The position numbers and the translations under genes are program-made. From a virus (Duplodnaviria > Caudoviricetes), in IMG/VR virus record IMGVR_UViG_3300045000_000015, positions 1 to 50,090 of that record: 50,090 nt of DNA; one strand, 5' to 3'. Below the pieces are notes generated by a model. The model saw only the letters and a list, made by a program, of their open reading frames with translations, was not told the DNA's origin and made no database searches. Positions within the stretch are counted from its first letter, which is position 1. Each line of letters starts with the position of its first letter. Below are positions 7,292 to 15,970 of the stretch, one piece after another.

Positions 7292-8650
7292 GTGAAGATC
7301 GCCTATGAATACCTTCGAAAGTCCACACTGGACAAGAAGGGGATCTTTGAGCAGCACCGGAAAGACCTGTCGGCATTAGCCTCGCGACTTGATGCGGAAA
7401 TCCCAGAGGATGGGGTGTACATCGACGATGATACATCCGCATCTGAAAAGCGGGGCAAAAAGACTGCTTGGGCGAAATGCCTAGCAGACATTCGCGCTAA
7501 ACGGCCAGACTTTCTTCTTGGCTGGAAACATGACCGCCTAGGGCGGAGGCTCGGTGACTTAGAGGGCCTCGATGAACTGGCAAGCGAAGTAGGCATTCGT
7601 GTCTGGACACACACAGATGGTGACTTGTTCGCTAATCCCGCGTGGCCGTTTCTCGCCGCTCAGGCGAAGACCGAGACACGAAATACGTCTATTCGCGTCA
7701 AGGCTGCACAGGAGCTACGTCGGTCAAAGGGACTTCAGTCCGGTGGAGGATCACGCCCATTCGGTTACGCCGCAGACCGGGCAACGGTCATTTCCAAGGA
7801 AAAGGCGTGGTTCCGTGAACTGGTGATGCGACTCACTGACGGGGAGCCACGAAACGCCCTAGCTAGGGACTTCAACGTTCGTGGTATCCGCACAGCCGGG
7901 GGCACGCTATGGACCGCTGGCCGCATTGTCATGGTAGTGAGCAACCCGCGATATGCCGGATTCCTGGTCCATAAAGGCGAGGTAATCGGTAAAGGTACTT
8001 GGCCCTCGTTGATCACGCCGGAAGAGTTTGAGCTAGTCAAGTCTGCGCTTGCTGCTACTGCGCCCAAGAAAGTGGGACGTCCGGTCACAACGCTATTGGC
8101 TCACATTTTGCGATGCGGCATTTGTCTAACTCCCATGGTGGGGAGTACTTCGAAGGGCCGCAAGCGGTACAAGTGCCCGTTCCCCGAGTGCAAGCGTGTT
8201 TCGCGTAGCAGAGAACCTATTGATGCCCTCGTGACACTCCGCATTCAGGAGAAGCTGAATAGCGAAGTCATAGCCGTTGAGCTGGAAAAGATAGCGCGGA
8301 TTGTTGACGATCTGGCTCAGGTTGACGTGGAGCTGGACCTACGCATTTTCGAACTGCGGCAGAAATACACCAACGGCGCACTGTCCGGCGAGGATTTCTA
8401 TCCGATGCTTGATGACCTCCGGCAGCAGCAGAAACAGACACAAGCGAGCTACACCGGCGCTCTGACTGAGCAAGCTCAACTGGCCCGAGAAAGCACGGCT
8501 AGGGAGCGTTGGGACAGTTGGACCACTGACCAGAAGCGCCTGTTCATCAAGGCGCGTGTAACGGCGATTGAGGTTTTCCACCCAGAAGCTCCCGGTGTCG
8601 CGTGCGACCAAGACGTAAAGATCATCTGGCGACGAAGATTAACTGAATAG
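7292..8650 (+). CDS. int: Large serine integrase
   Basis: YLRKS catalytic Ser, WKHDRLGR, PFGY, NPRYAG recombinase domain, CGIC...C...C zinc ribbon, coiled coil. Confidence 0.93.
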   Translation: MKIAYEYLRKSTLDKKGIFEQHRKDLSALASRLDAEIPEDGVYIDDDTSASEKRGKKTAWAKCLADIRAKRPDFLLGWKHDRLGRRLGDLEGLDELASEVGIRVWTHTDGDLFANPAWPFLAAQAKTETRNTSIRVKAAQELRRSKGLQSGGGSRPFGYAADRATVISKEKAWFRELVMRLTDGEPRNALARDFNVRGIRTAGGTLWTAGRIVMVVSNPRYAGFLVHKGEVIGKGTWPSLITPEEFELVKSALAATAPKKVGRPVTTLLAHILRCGICLTPMVGSTSKGRKRYKCPFPECKRVSRSREPIDALVTLRIQEKLNSEVIAVELEKIARIVDDLAQVDVELDLRIFELRQKYTNGALSGEDFYPMLDDLRQQQKQTQASYTGALTEQAQLARESTARERWDSWTTDQKRLFIKARVTAIEVFHPEAPGVACDQDVKIIWRRRLTE

Positions 8651-8661
8651 GAGGTGAGCCC

Positions 8662-9147
8662 ATGACCGCTGGACGCAAAGCAACCCCCACCGCGACAAAG
8701 CGGCTCATGGGCAATCCGGGCAAACGTGGTATGCCCAAGGACGGTGAGGAATTCGTTCCCCCCACGTTCGACAAGCTTCCTGATCCGCCTGAGTGGCTGG
8801 ACGAGGTTGGACAGAAGGAGTGGCACCGGGTTGGCCCGCACCTTCTTAAGGCCGGACTCTTGACCGAAGCTGACCTGATCCCGTTCGCTGCCTACTGCGC
8901 GAACGTACAGATCATGGTCAAGGCGCTGATTGACATCGAAGACGACGGCATGACCATCCCCGGTGCCCGCGGAGCCGTGCGGAACCCTGCCTTGGCCGCC
9001 TTCAGCAGCTCCACCAACAGCCTACGGAGCCTGGCTGCTGAGTTCGGGCTCACCCCCAGCTCCCGGTCCCGCATGAAGCTACCTGGGGACGATGGGGAGT
9101 CGCTAGAGGATCTACTCGGCGACGAGGGTACAGAAGACGCTAGTTAG
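8662..9147 (+). CDS. terS: Terminase small subunit (P27 family)
   Basis: GRKATPT..KRLMGNPGKR, PPEWL, NPAL, EFGLTPSSRSR motifs. Confidence 0.93.
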   Translation: MTAGRKATPTATKRLMGNPGKRGMPKDGEEFVPPTFDKLPDPPEWLDEVGQKEWHRVGPHLLKAGLLTEADLIPFAAYCANVQIMVKALIDIEDDGMTIPGARGAVRNPALAAFSSSTNSLRSLAAEFGLTPSSRSRMKLPGDDGESLEDLLGDEGTEDAS

Positions 9148-9153
9148 CGCCTC

Positions 9154-9225
9154 AGCGGGGAAGAGCGCCGGTCGCTCAACGGACCCATAATCCGTCGGTC
9201 CTAGGTTCAACTCCTAGCCCCGCCA
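9154..9225 (+). tRNA. tRNA-Met(CAT), initiator-like and atypical
   Basis: Cloverleaf: acceptor AGCGGGG/CCCCGCC, D stem GAGC/GCTC, anticodon arm ACGGA-CCCATAA-TCCGT, T arm CTAGG-TTCAACT-CCTAG; CCA not encoded. Confidence 0.85.
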
Positions 9226-9228
9226 CGG

Positions 9229-9257
9229 AGGGCCAGCACGTGCAGCGTGTTGGCCCT
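9229..9257. terminator. Hairpin, putative terminator between tRNA and the reverse-strand cassette
   Basis: AGGGCCAGCACG/CGTGTTGGCCCT 12-bp stem at the convergence point. Confidence 0.55.
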
Positions 9258-9278
9258 ACCCAACCTGGCACGGAAGGC

Positions 9279-9455
9279 TTAGACCCCTGTTTTTGCCCTT
9301 GCTGCCCTGATCTCTGCTGATGATCGTGACCTTCTGATCGCTTGGCAGAGGTGCTCTTTTTTGGTCAGTTTTGTCACGGTTGAGAAGTCCAGCTCACGGG
9401 CTAGAGCGCGGAGCTGAGCCACCGTGAGGAATTCTAGAGCTATGTAGTCAGTCAA
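9279..9455 (-). CDS. 58-aa Rho-N/HeH(SAP)-like small protein
   Basis: Not in the ORF track; TTG start with AGGGAG RBS; LTVAQLRALARELDFSTVTKLTKKEHLCQAIRR resembles the Rho N-terminal domain pattern. Confidence 0.6.
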   Translation of the reverse strand: MTDYIALEFLTVAQLRALARELDFSTVTKLTKKEHLCQAIRRSRSSAEIRAARAKTGV

Positions 9456-9597
9456 CCGCTCGCTCCCTTAGCTTCTTGATCAACCATGCAAGTCCGATCA
9501 GGACTGTGAACCCTAGTTTGACAGCGAACACAGCCAGAGCCGCTAGTAGCCGCCAGGCTGCTTCTAGGGCCATGGCCAAGAGACATAGAAAGAGCAC
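9448..9597 (-). CDS. 49-aa membrane protein
   Basis: MLFLCLLAMALEAAWRLLAALAVFAVKLGFTVLIGLAWLIKKLRERAVD; fills the gap between its neighbours. Confidence 0.5.
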   Translation of the reverse strand: MLFLCLLAMALEAAWRLLAALAVFAVKLGFTVLIGLAWLIKKLRERAVD

Positions 9598-9600
9598 GCA

Positions 9601-9963
9601 TTACCTCGCGCAGTAGGCCGTGTCTACGGCACTGACGAACGCGACAGCTTCGGCGTAGCTGATAAGCGGGCTCCAGCCGAGCACGGTCGCGGTCACGATC
9701 TCCGCGTCGTTCTGCGCGCGCCACGCCTTAAGCGACACACACGTTTCGTGCCCGGTGTCGATCAAGTTCGCGTCGGTTCTGAGCGCTGTGGCGACGTGGG
9801 GAGCGGTCTTGTGCACTGTCGTAATAAAGACAGCGTCTCCGCTTGGGGCAGTACTTGACGGCGCCGTGACGGGTGCGGGCTTAGCCGTGTGGTGAGCCGA
9901 GCACGCGGCTAGCACCAGTGTGCCAGCCAAAAGTATGACGCTTGCGGGTTTGTTGACTCTCAC
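9601..9963 (-). CDS. Lipoprotein (DUF732-like)
   Basis: Signal peptide with LAAC lipobox, Pro/Thr linker, FI...LIDTGHETC...YC pattern; AAGGAG RBS. Confidence 0.75.
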   Translation of the reverse strand: MRVNKPASVILLAGTLVLAACSAHHTAKPAPVTAPSSTAPSGDAVFITTVHKTAPHVATALRTDANLIDTGHETCVSLKAWRAQNDAEIVTATVLGWSPLISYAEAVAFVSAVDTAYCAR

Positions 9964-10021
9964 TCAATCTCCTTCGTCGGGGACCTTCCCTATCAACTAT
10001 CTCATAGGGAGGCCACGTTGA

Positions 10022-11704
10022 ATGCCTGTTGCGCACACCACGCGGCTTCCCATAGGTGCTAAGTACAGCGAGAAGCGCGCCGAGCGTGCCGTCCGGTTCA
10101 TCGAGAAAGCGACGGTGCACACGAAGTCTTCATGGGCCGGCAAACCGTTCAACCTAGATCCGTGGCAGGAAGGCTCCGCGCGCCGCGATGAGTCCGGCTT
10201 GTGGGTTATGGACGGCATCGTTCGCCCACTGTTCGGCACCGTGCGGTACAGCACCATGCATCAGCGCTGGGTGCGGCAGTTCACCCTTGCTTGGATCGAG
10301 CTAGCCCGCAAGCAAGGCAAGTCAGAGCTTGTCGCTGCCCTGGGGCTGTACCTGTTGATCGCGTGTGGCGAACCAGGGGCCGAGATCTACGGGGCTGCGT
10401 CTGACAAGGATCAGGCGTCCATGGTCTTCAACGTCGCGCGTGACATGGTGCAGCTTTCCCCGGTCCTCTCACGCATGCAGAAGCGTGGGGAAATCAAGGT
10501 GGTTGACTCCACCAAGCGCATCATCCACGTACCGTCCCGGTCGTTCTATCGGGTCATCGCCGCGGATGCTGCCGGCAACCTGGGGGCCAACCCGTACGCC
10601 GTGCTCTTTGACGAGGTGTTGGCCCAGCCTGACGAGAAGCTGTGGGACGCGATGCGCCAGGGCTTCGGAACGCGGGCAGAGTCGCTGCTCATCGGCATCA
10701 CGACGGCCGGCTGGTCCCGCGAGACGTTCGCGTTCAACGAACACACCTTCGGGCTACAGGTCGCCGAAAACCCCGACATGCAGCCGACACGCTTCGTCTA
10801 TATAGCACATGTCGATGAGGGCACCGACTGGAAAGACGAGTCACGTTGGCACGAAGCCATGCCCGGTCTGGGCTCGTTCTTCGACATCCAGACCGTACGG
10901 GACGAGGTCACCGAGCTAGAGAACAAAGGCGACCTCTCCCAGATAGACAACTTCAAGATCTTCCGGCTCAACATGTGGGGCACTGGCAAGAAACGCTGGC
11001 TAGACCTTGCTGTCTGGGATGAGTCGGAGGACACGGCTGGGTGGCCGGAAGAGCTAGAAGGCATCCCAGCCATCGGCGGCTTGGACCTGGCGGAGACCAC
11101 GGACCTAGCGTGCTGGCTCCTGTTGTTCCGTACAGCTGACCGTACGTTCGTGCTGCCCAGGTTCTTTATCACCCGCAAGGCTATTGACCTGAAGCACAAG
11201 CGGATGAAGCGGCAGTTCCTTCAGTGGGAGCAAGACGGGTTACTGACGGTTTTCGAGACTGACGTACATGATATCGATGCGATCGAGGCTCGTATCATGA
11301 GCGACCTCGATACATATCATGTGCAGGCCATCGGATACGACGGCTGGAATGCGGTCTCCGTGGCTAGCCACGTCGAGACGCGTACCAGCGTCCCCATGGT
11401 CAAGGTCCCCCAGTCGACAACTCGCATGAACTCTGGGTCAAAGGCGCTCACCAGTGCCATGGGCTTGCGGCAACTGTCCACAAACCACAATCCGCTGATG
11501 CGCTGGATGGCTGACAACGTTGCGTACAAACAGGATTCTGAACTGAACATCAAGCCGGACAAGGCTGCGAGCACGGACAGCATCGACGGTATCTCAGCCC
11601 TGGTCAACGCGCTGTGTGTCGCAGAAGGCATGCCCGAGCTTGTTGAAGCAAACCTCTTCGTCTTCGACGGGGACGAAGACACGGAGGATGACGAGTGGAA
11701 CTAA
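10022..11704 (+). CDS. terL: Terminase large subunit
   Basis: ARKQGKS Walker A, VLFDE Walker B, ITTAG coupling motif, GGLDLA nuclease motif, SIDGISAL. Confidence 0.96.
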   Translation: MPVAHTTRLPIGAKYSEKRAERAVRFIEKATVHTKSSWAGKPFNLDPWQEGSARRDESGLWVMDGIVRPLFGTVRYSTMHQRWVRQFTLAWIELARKQGKSELVAALGLYLLIACGEPGAEIYGAASDKDQASMVFNVARDMVQLSPVLSRMQKRGEIKVVDSTKRIIHVPSRSFYRVIAADAAGNLGANPYAVLFDEVLAQPDEKLWDAMRQGFGTRAESLLIGITTAGWSRETFAFNEHTFGLQVAENPDMQPTRFVYIAHVDEGTDWKDESRWHEAMPGLGSFFDIQTVRDEVTELENKGDLSQIDNFKIFRLNMWGTGKKRWLDLAVWDESEDTAGWPEELEGIPAIGGLDLAETTDLACWLLLFRTADRTFVLPRFFITRKAIDLKHKRMKRQFLQWEQDGLLTVFETDVHDIDAIEARIMSDLDTYHVQAIGYDGWNAVSVASHVETRTSVPMVKVPQSTTRMNSGSKALTSAMGLRQLSTNHNPLMRWMADNVAYKQDSELNIKPDKAASTDSIDGISALVNALCVAEGMPELVEANLFVFDGDEDTEDDEWN

Positions 11705-11871
11705 GCGACGTATTGCAGCTTCTAGGGATGTTCGTCGTAGTGGCTGGTGTCGCGCTGGCTGTGGCGCTGATCGCTGGACTCTTGCCGGCCGTTGCTGCCG
11801 CGGTCATCGGTGTTGGTGCCGTGTTCGTCCATGTAGGACGTGAGCTAGAGAAGACGGGGGGTGATGGGTAA
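11695..11871 (+). CDS. 58-aa two-TM membrane protein between terL and portal
   Basis: GTG with GGAGG RBS; MELSDVLQLLGMFVVVAGVALAV...; TAATG overlap with portal. Confidence 0.7.
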   Translation: MELSDVLQLLGMFVVVAGVALAVALIAGLLPAVAAAVIGVGAVFVHVGRELEKTGGDG

Positions 11872-13118
11872 TGTTCGGACGTCGGAGTGAGAAGCGTGAT
11901 GCCGTCAGCTATTGGAGTACCAGCGATGGCCTCCCAATGGAACCTGTCACTCAGTCCGGCAAGAAGGTGGGAGAGCGCGACGCCTTCAAGTACTCAGTTT
12001 TCTGGGCCGCATCCACGCTGATCTCTGACGCCATCTCTGGTCTCCGACCCGAAGCGTTCCGTGAGGATGCGGGAGGTGCGGTAACAAATCTGGCGCTACC
12101 TCCTTGGATCAAGAAGCCGCATGCCGAGCTACGGCCATCGCTTGTCCGCAAACAGATACAGCTCTCTGCGCTGGTTCGGGGCAACGGGTACGCACAGCTC
12201 ATCAAGACCCCCAACGACACCATCGTGGGTATGGCGCCGGTGCACCCGGACTTCGTGCATTGCGAGTGGGTGCCCAACATGATCGGTTTTCAGCGCCGGT
12301 ACCGCATCAGTGGTGGACCGTGGCTAACCAACGCAGACATCTTCCATCTTCAGGGACCCACGATGCCGGGCTGCGCTACCGGCATGAGCATCATCGCTCA
12401 GGCTCGCGAGGCCATCGGACTTGGGCTAACGCTAGAAGAGTTTGGCGCGCGGTACTTCAGTCAGGGCTCCCTGGCCAAGACCGTCATCGTCGTTCCCGGA
12501 CAGACCATGAAGGACGACCAAGCCAAACAGACCGTACGGAACTACGAGCGGTTCCACAGAGGTCCCGGCAATTGGCATCGTCCGGCATTACTCAACGGTC
12601 CTATCGGGACGGACATCCGCAACATCTCCATCCCCCCGGAAGATGCGCAGTTTCTACAGACACGTGAGTTCCAGGCAATGGACGTTGCCCGTTGGTTCCG
12701 CGTCCCGCCACACCGTGTCGGCATCGTCAGTGCGCAGACCTCTTGGGGCTCCGGCTTGGCGGAAGCCAACACGGCCATGGTGCAAGACACCTACGGTCCC
12801 TGGATCACAGCCTGGGAAGAGCTTTATACCGCTTACCTCCCCGGTGGGGATGGCTCCGGTGTCCAGGTCCGCCTGAACAAATCAGAGCTGCTCCGCGGCA
12901 CGTTCGGCGAGGCAGCCATTACGTGGAATGCCCTCGTGATGGCCGGAGTAGCTACGCCCAACGAGGCGCGCAAGGCGCTTGGTCTGCCGCGCATCGACGG
13001 CGGAGACACCTTGAAGGCCGGACAGTCGCTAACTCCCGGTACGCCGCCCGGACAGAACACAAACCAGGGGGGTGCCCCTGCCGCCAATCCCAAGGGAGGG
13101 ACCCCCAATGCAGCATGA
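11871..13118 (+). CDS. Portal protein (HK97 family)
   Basis: LVRGNGYA, PEDAQFLQTR, DVARWFRVPPH, TPNEAR motifs. Confidence 0.95.
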   Translation: MFGRRSEKRDAVSYWSTSDGLPMEPVTQSGKKVGERDAFKYSVFWAASTLISDAISGLRPEAFREDAGGAVTNLALPPWIKKPHAELRPSLVRKQIQLSALVRGNGYAQLIKTPNDTIVGMAPVHPDFVHCEWVPNMIGFQRRYRISGGPWLTNADIFHLQGPTMPGCATGMSIIAQAREAIGLGLTLEEFGARYFSQGSLAKTVIVVPGQTMKDDQAKQTVRNYERFHRGPGNWHRPALLNGPIGTDIRNISIPPEDAQFLQTREFQAMDVARWFRVPPHRVGIVSAQTSWGSGLAEANTAMVQDTYGPWITAWEELYTAYLPGGDGSGVQVRLNKSELLRGTFGEAAITWNALVMAGVATPNEARKALGLPRIDGGDTLKAGQSLTPGTPPGQNTNQGGAPAANPKGGTPNAA

Positions 13119-13815
13119 GCTACGCGCAGTCACTACCGAGTGGGAGATCCGCTCTTCGGACGGGAAGAACACCGTGGAGGGCTACGCCGCGCTGTTCGGC
13201 GTGAGTACCGAGATTGGCGGCATGTTCCGTGAGACTATCGATCGCAAGGCGTTTAACAAGACGCTGAAAGAGGCGGACGTCCGTGCAGTCTTGAATCACG
13301 ATCCTAACCTGGTGTTGGGTCGGTCGAGTGCTGGCACGCTGAGGTTGAGCACCGACACCCGCGGACTGTTCTACCGGGTCGACATGCCCAACACCACCTA
13401 CGCCAATGACCTAATCGAGTCTATGCGCCGTGGTGACATTGCGGAGTCGAGCTTTGCGTTCCGCACCATTGTGGACGAGTGGGACCAGACAGATCAGCAG
13501 ATGCCAACCCGCACCTTGAAAGAGGTGCACCTGGTAGACGTCAGTCCGGTCACTTATCCCGCCTACGACAAGACTACCTCCGGTCTGGCTCGCAGCCTTG
13601 AAGGGCTCGCGAAGCGAAGCGGCATCGCCGTAACAGACCTGAGCGACACAGAAGCCATCCGGCGAGCGATCGCCGGAAACAATAGTGACGTAACACCTTC
13701 GCCGACTCCGGTCACGGAGGAGCCTCACACGCCGCCCACGGGCACGCCTGAGGACTACTACGCCCTGTTGCGCGCGATCAATGAGCGAAAGCTCGATCGC
13801 CGTTACCTCGTCTGA
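13108..13815 (+). CDS. Prohead maturation protease (HK97 family)
   Basis: VEGYAALF, LNHD, SSFAF, DVSPVTYPAY; start moved to ATG 13108 on RBS evidence. Confidence 0.93.
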   Translation: MQHELRAVTTEWEIRSSDGKNTVEGYAALFGVSTEIGGMFRETIDRKAFNKTLKEADVRAVLNHDPNLVLGRSSAGTLRLSTDTRGLFYRVDMPNTTYANDLIESMRRGDIAESSFAFRTIVDEWDQTDQQMPTRTLKEVHLVDVSPVTYPAYDKTTSGLARSLEGLAKRSGIAVTDLSDTEAIRRAIAGNNSDVTPSPTPVTEEPHTPPTGTPEDYYALLRAINERKLDRRYLV

Positions 13816-13876
13816 GCGCCGGACAACCACGCCAGGGAGCCGCTTATTAAGTCCAAAAAGGAAGGATGAGTTCAGC

Positions 13877-15208
13877 ATGCCTGACAACATCCGTAAGACC
13901 CTTGCCGATGCTCGGTTGAAGGCGCTTGACGAAGCTCGCGCAATTGCTGAGGAGATGGCGAAGGAAGGTCGTAGCGCTGAGCGTGAGGCGGCCTACGACA
14001 AGGCCAATGATGACGTGGACAAGTACGAAGCGTTGCTGGACAAAGAGACCCAGCGTGCTCAGGCCACTTTGGACGCTGAGACCCGTGAGCAAGCGTATGA
14101 GGCTGCGGCCCGTGCTGCTGCTGCGAAGCGTGGCAACGACGGTCCTCCGAAGACCCCCGATAACGAGGTCTGGGAGAACTTGAAGGATCTACTCACCGGC
14201 ACCAAGCGGCAGTTTGATATTCCGCTGACCGACATGGCACACACCCTGGCCCTGAGTGGGCGCATGGGACGTGAGGCTGAGAAGCGCGCTGAAGTGTTCT
14301 TCAACGTCGGTGGTTCCGCTGCTGCGGCTGCTGGTGAAGGCGTGGAGCTGAACCCAGCTACGTTCGTGCGTGAGCTGTATCGGGCGCTGTACGACGCTAA
14401 CCCTCTGCTGGGTGCTGGTGTGCGGATCATCACCACTGACCGCAACGAAGTGCTGACCCTGCCCAAGAAGGTTCGTTCTCCCAAGGCTACGTCGGTCGCT
14501 GCGAACCGCAGCACTGTTGTGACCCAGGAAGCGGCGACTATCGCCAAGACCAAGGGCTCTATCACTACGTCTACACTGTCTGCGATCAAGTACGCGCAGA
14601 TCGTGCAGGCTACGCGTGAGTTCCTCGACTTCTCCGTCTTCGATGGACAGAGCCTCATGGCGGATGACCTGGGAGACGTGCTTGGCACCGTGCAGGCGTA
14701 TGACCTGACCCTTGGGACGAAGTCTGCGACTTCTCCGGGGGGCATCGTTCCTCAGACGACGCAGACCGTTGCGCCTGTTGGTTCCGTTGCCGCGGGCACC
14801 TTCACCCACGAAAACATCCTGGACATGATTTACGGAGTCAAGGAAGGCTACGCGCGAAACGCGAAGTTCCTCGCTAACCGCATGATCATGCGCAAGATCC
14901 GGGGTATCAAGGACGGTTCGGGTCGCTACATCTACGACGCGGTTCACGATCCGGCTCAGCCTGACAACGTGCTCGGCTACCCGGTCGCCACGATTACCGA
15001 CATGGCCACTACGTGGACCAACGGTACGTCTGTGCTGCTGTTCGGGGATCTGTCAAAGTACTACGTCCGATTGGTTGGCTCCATGCGAGTCGAGTACTCG
15101 AACGATGTCTACTTTGAAAATGACCTCGTTGGCGTCAAGGGCGTTCTCTGGCAGGACGGAGACCTCTTCGACACTGGGGCCACCATCAAGTTTGTGGTCA
15201 CCACCTGA
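13877..15208 (+). CDS. Major capsid protein (HK97 fold with N-terminal delta domain)
   Basis: Coiled-coil N-terminus; IKDGSGRYIY, LGYPV, LLFGDLSKY; start at ATG 13877. Confidence 0.93.
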   Translation: MPDNIRKTLADARLKALDEARAIAEEMAKEGRSAEREAAYDKANDDVDKYEALLDKETQRAQATLDAETREQAYEAAARAAAAKRGNDGPPKTPDNEVWENLKDLLTGTKRQFDIPLTDMAHTLALSGRMGREAEKRAEVFFNVGGSAAAAAGEGVELNPATFVRELYRALYDANPLLGAGVRIITTDRNEVLTLPKKVRSPKATSVAANRSTVVTQEAATIAKTKGSITTSTLSAIKYAQIVQATREFLDFSVFDGQSLMADDLGDVLGTVQAYDLTLGTKSATSPGGIVPQTTQTVAPVGSVAAGTFTHENILDMIYGVKEGYARNAKFLANRMIMRKIRGIKDGSGRYIYDAVHDPAQPDNVLGYPVATITDMATTWTNGTSVLLFGDLSKYYVRLVGSMRVEYSNDVYFENDLVGVKGVLWQDGDLFDTGATIKFVVTT

Positions 15209-15225
15209 GTCAACTGCCTAACCAA

Positions 15226-15258
15226 GTACCGGGGTGTCCACACTGGGCACCCCGGTAC
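15226..15258 (+). terminator. Hairpin after the capsid gene
   Basis: 15-bp stem GTACCGGGGTGTCCA/TGGGCACCCCGGTAC. Confidence 0.65.
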
Positions 15259-15283
15259 CGCTGGCGCTATCTGGAGGCATGGC

Positions 15284-15457
15284 ATGCGCCCGTGGGCAGT
15301 CTACGTCTTTGTTATCAACGTGCTTTTGGTCTGGACCGTGTACGTAGCAGTGACTCTATTTAGACATGAGGACATCCCTGCGCCGGTCTGGGGCCTACCT
15401 GGTCTTGTCTGGCTAGCTGTAAAGCCGGTCTTGCCCAAGGACAAGAAGGAGAGGTAG
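15284..15457 (+). CDS. 57-aa two-TM membrane protein (holin-like)
   Basis: GGAGG RBS; two hydrophobic segments and a basic C-terminal tail (PKDKKER). Confidence 0.65.
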   Translation: MRPWAVYVFVINVLLVWTVYVAVTLFRHEDIPAPVWGLPGLVWLAVKPVLPKDKKER

Positions 15458-15463
15458 TCCACT

Positions 15464-15568
15464 GTGGAGTTTGTGGTGTGGGCACTGATTTACACAACCT
15501 GGGTGGCTAGCTGGGTAGCGGCGAGACAACAGGAGCAAAGCGAATGGCATACAAATCTGAACGGCTGA
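15464..15568 (+). CDS. 34-aa membrane peptide
   Basis: GGAGAGG RBS; MEFVVWALIYTTWVASWVAARQQ... Confidence 0.45.
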   Translation: MEFVVWALIYTTWVASWVAARQQEQSEWHTNLNG

Positions 15569-15954
15569 CGCTGGCCGTAGTCTTGATAACGCGAGTAATG
15601 GCTGTGTTGTCGTTCTTCCTGGTTCTTGTGTTCGCGCAGAGCACCTATACCTACGCACACTGCCAAGCTCGCTTGAACGCCGTTGTCATCGAACGGACCC
15701 GCGTGCTTGCCAGTGCTGCTGACGCTGAGCGTGCTGCAACCCGCGAAGCAGACAGCGCGGAGGCTGCGTTTTTGCTCAGTCCGCTGGTCTCTAAGCCGGT
15801 GGAGCAGCGGACTGAGGCAGATAAGGCGGAGCTAACCCGACTATACGTGGCGTGGCAGACAGCGCTGCACCACAAGGGAGCTGCACAGAACACAGCGGAC
15901 AAAGAGCGAGCGGCGCACCCGGTGCCCGCGGCCCCTACAAACCTTTGCGGGTAG
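15544..15954 (+). CDS. Single-TM coiled-coil membrane protein (lysis-accessory-like)
   Basis: N-terminal TM, long Ala-rich helix, paired Cys, Pro-rich end. Confidence 0.65.
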   Translation: MAYKSERLTLAVVLITRVMAVLSFFLVLVFAQSTYTYAHCQARLNAVVIERTRVLASAADAERAATREADSAEAAFLLSPLVSKPVEQRTEADKAELTRLYVAWQTALHHKGAAQNTADKERAAHPVPAAPTNLCG

Positions 15955-15970
15955 GGAAAGGAGGTACGGC

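Noticed and set aside
14059-14947. Long antisense ORFs over the capsid gene (also over tape measure, polA and primase)
   Set aside because: Shadow ORFs expected from high-GC codon bias opposite clear genes
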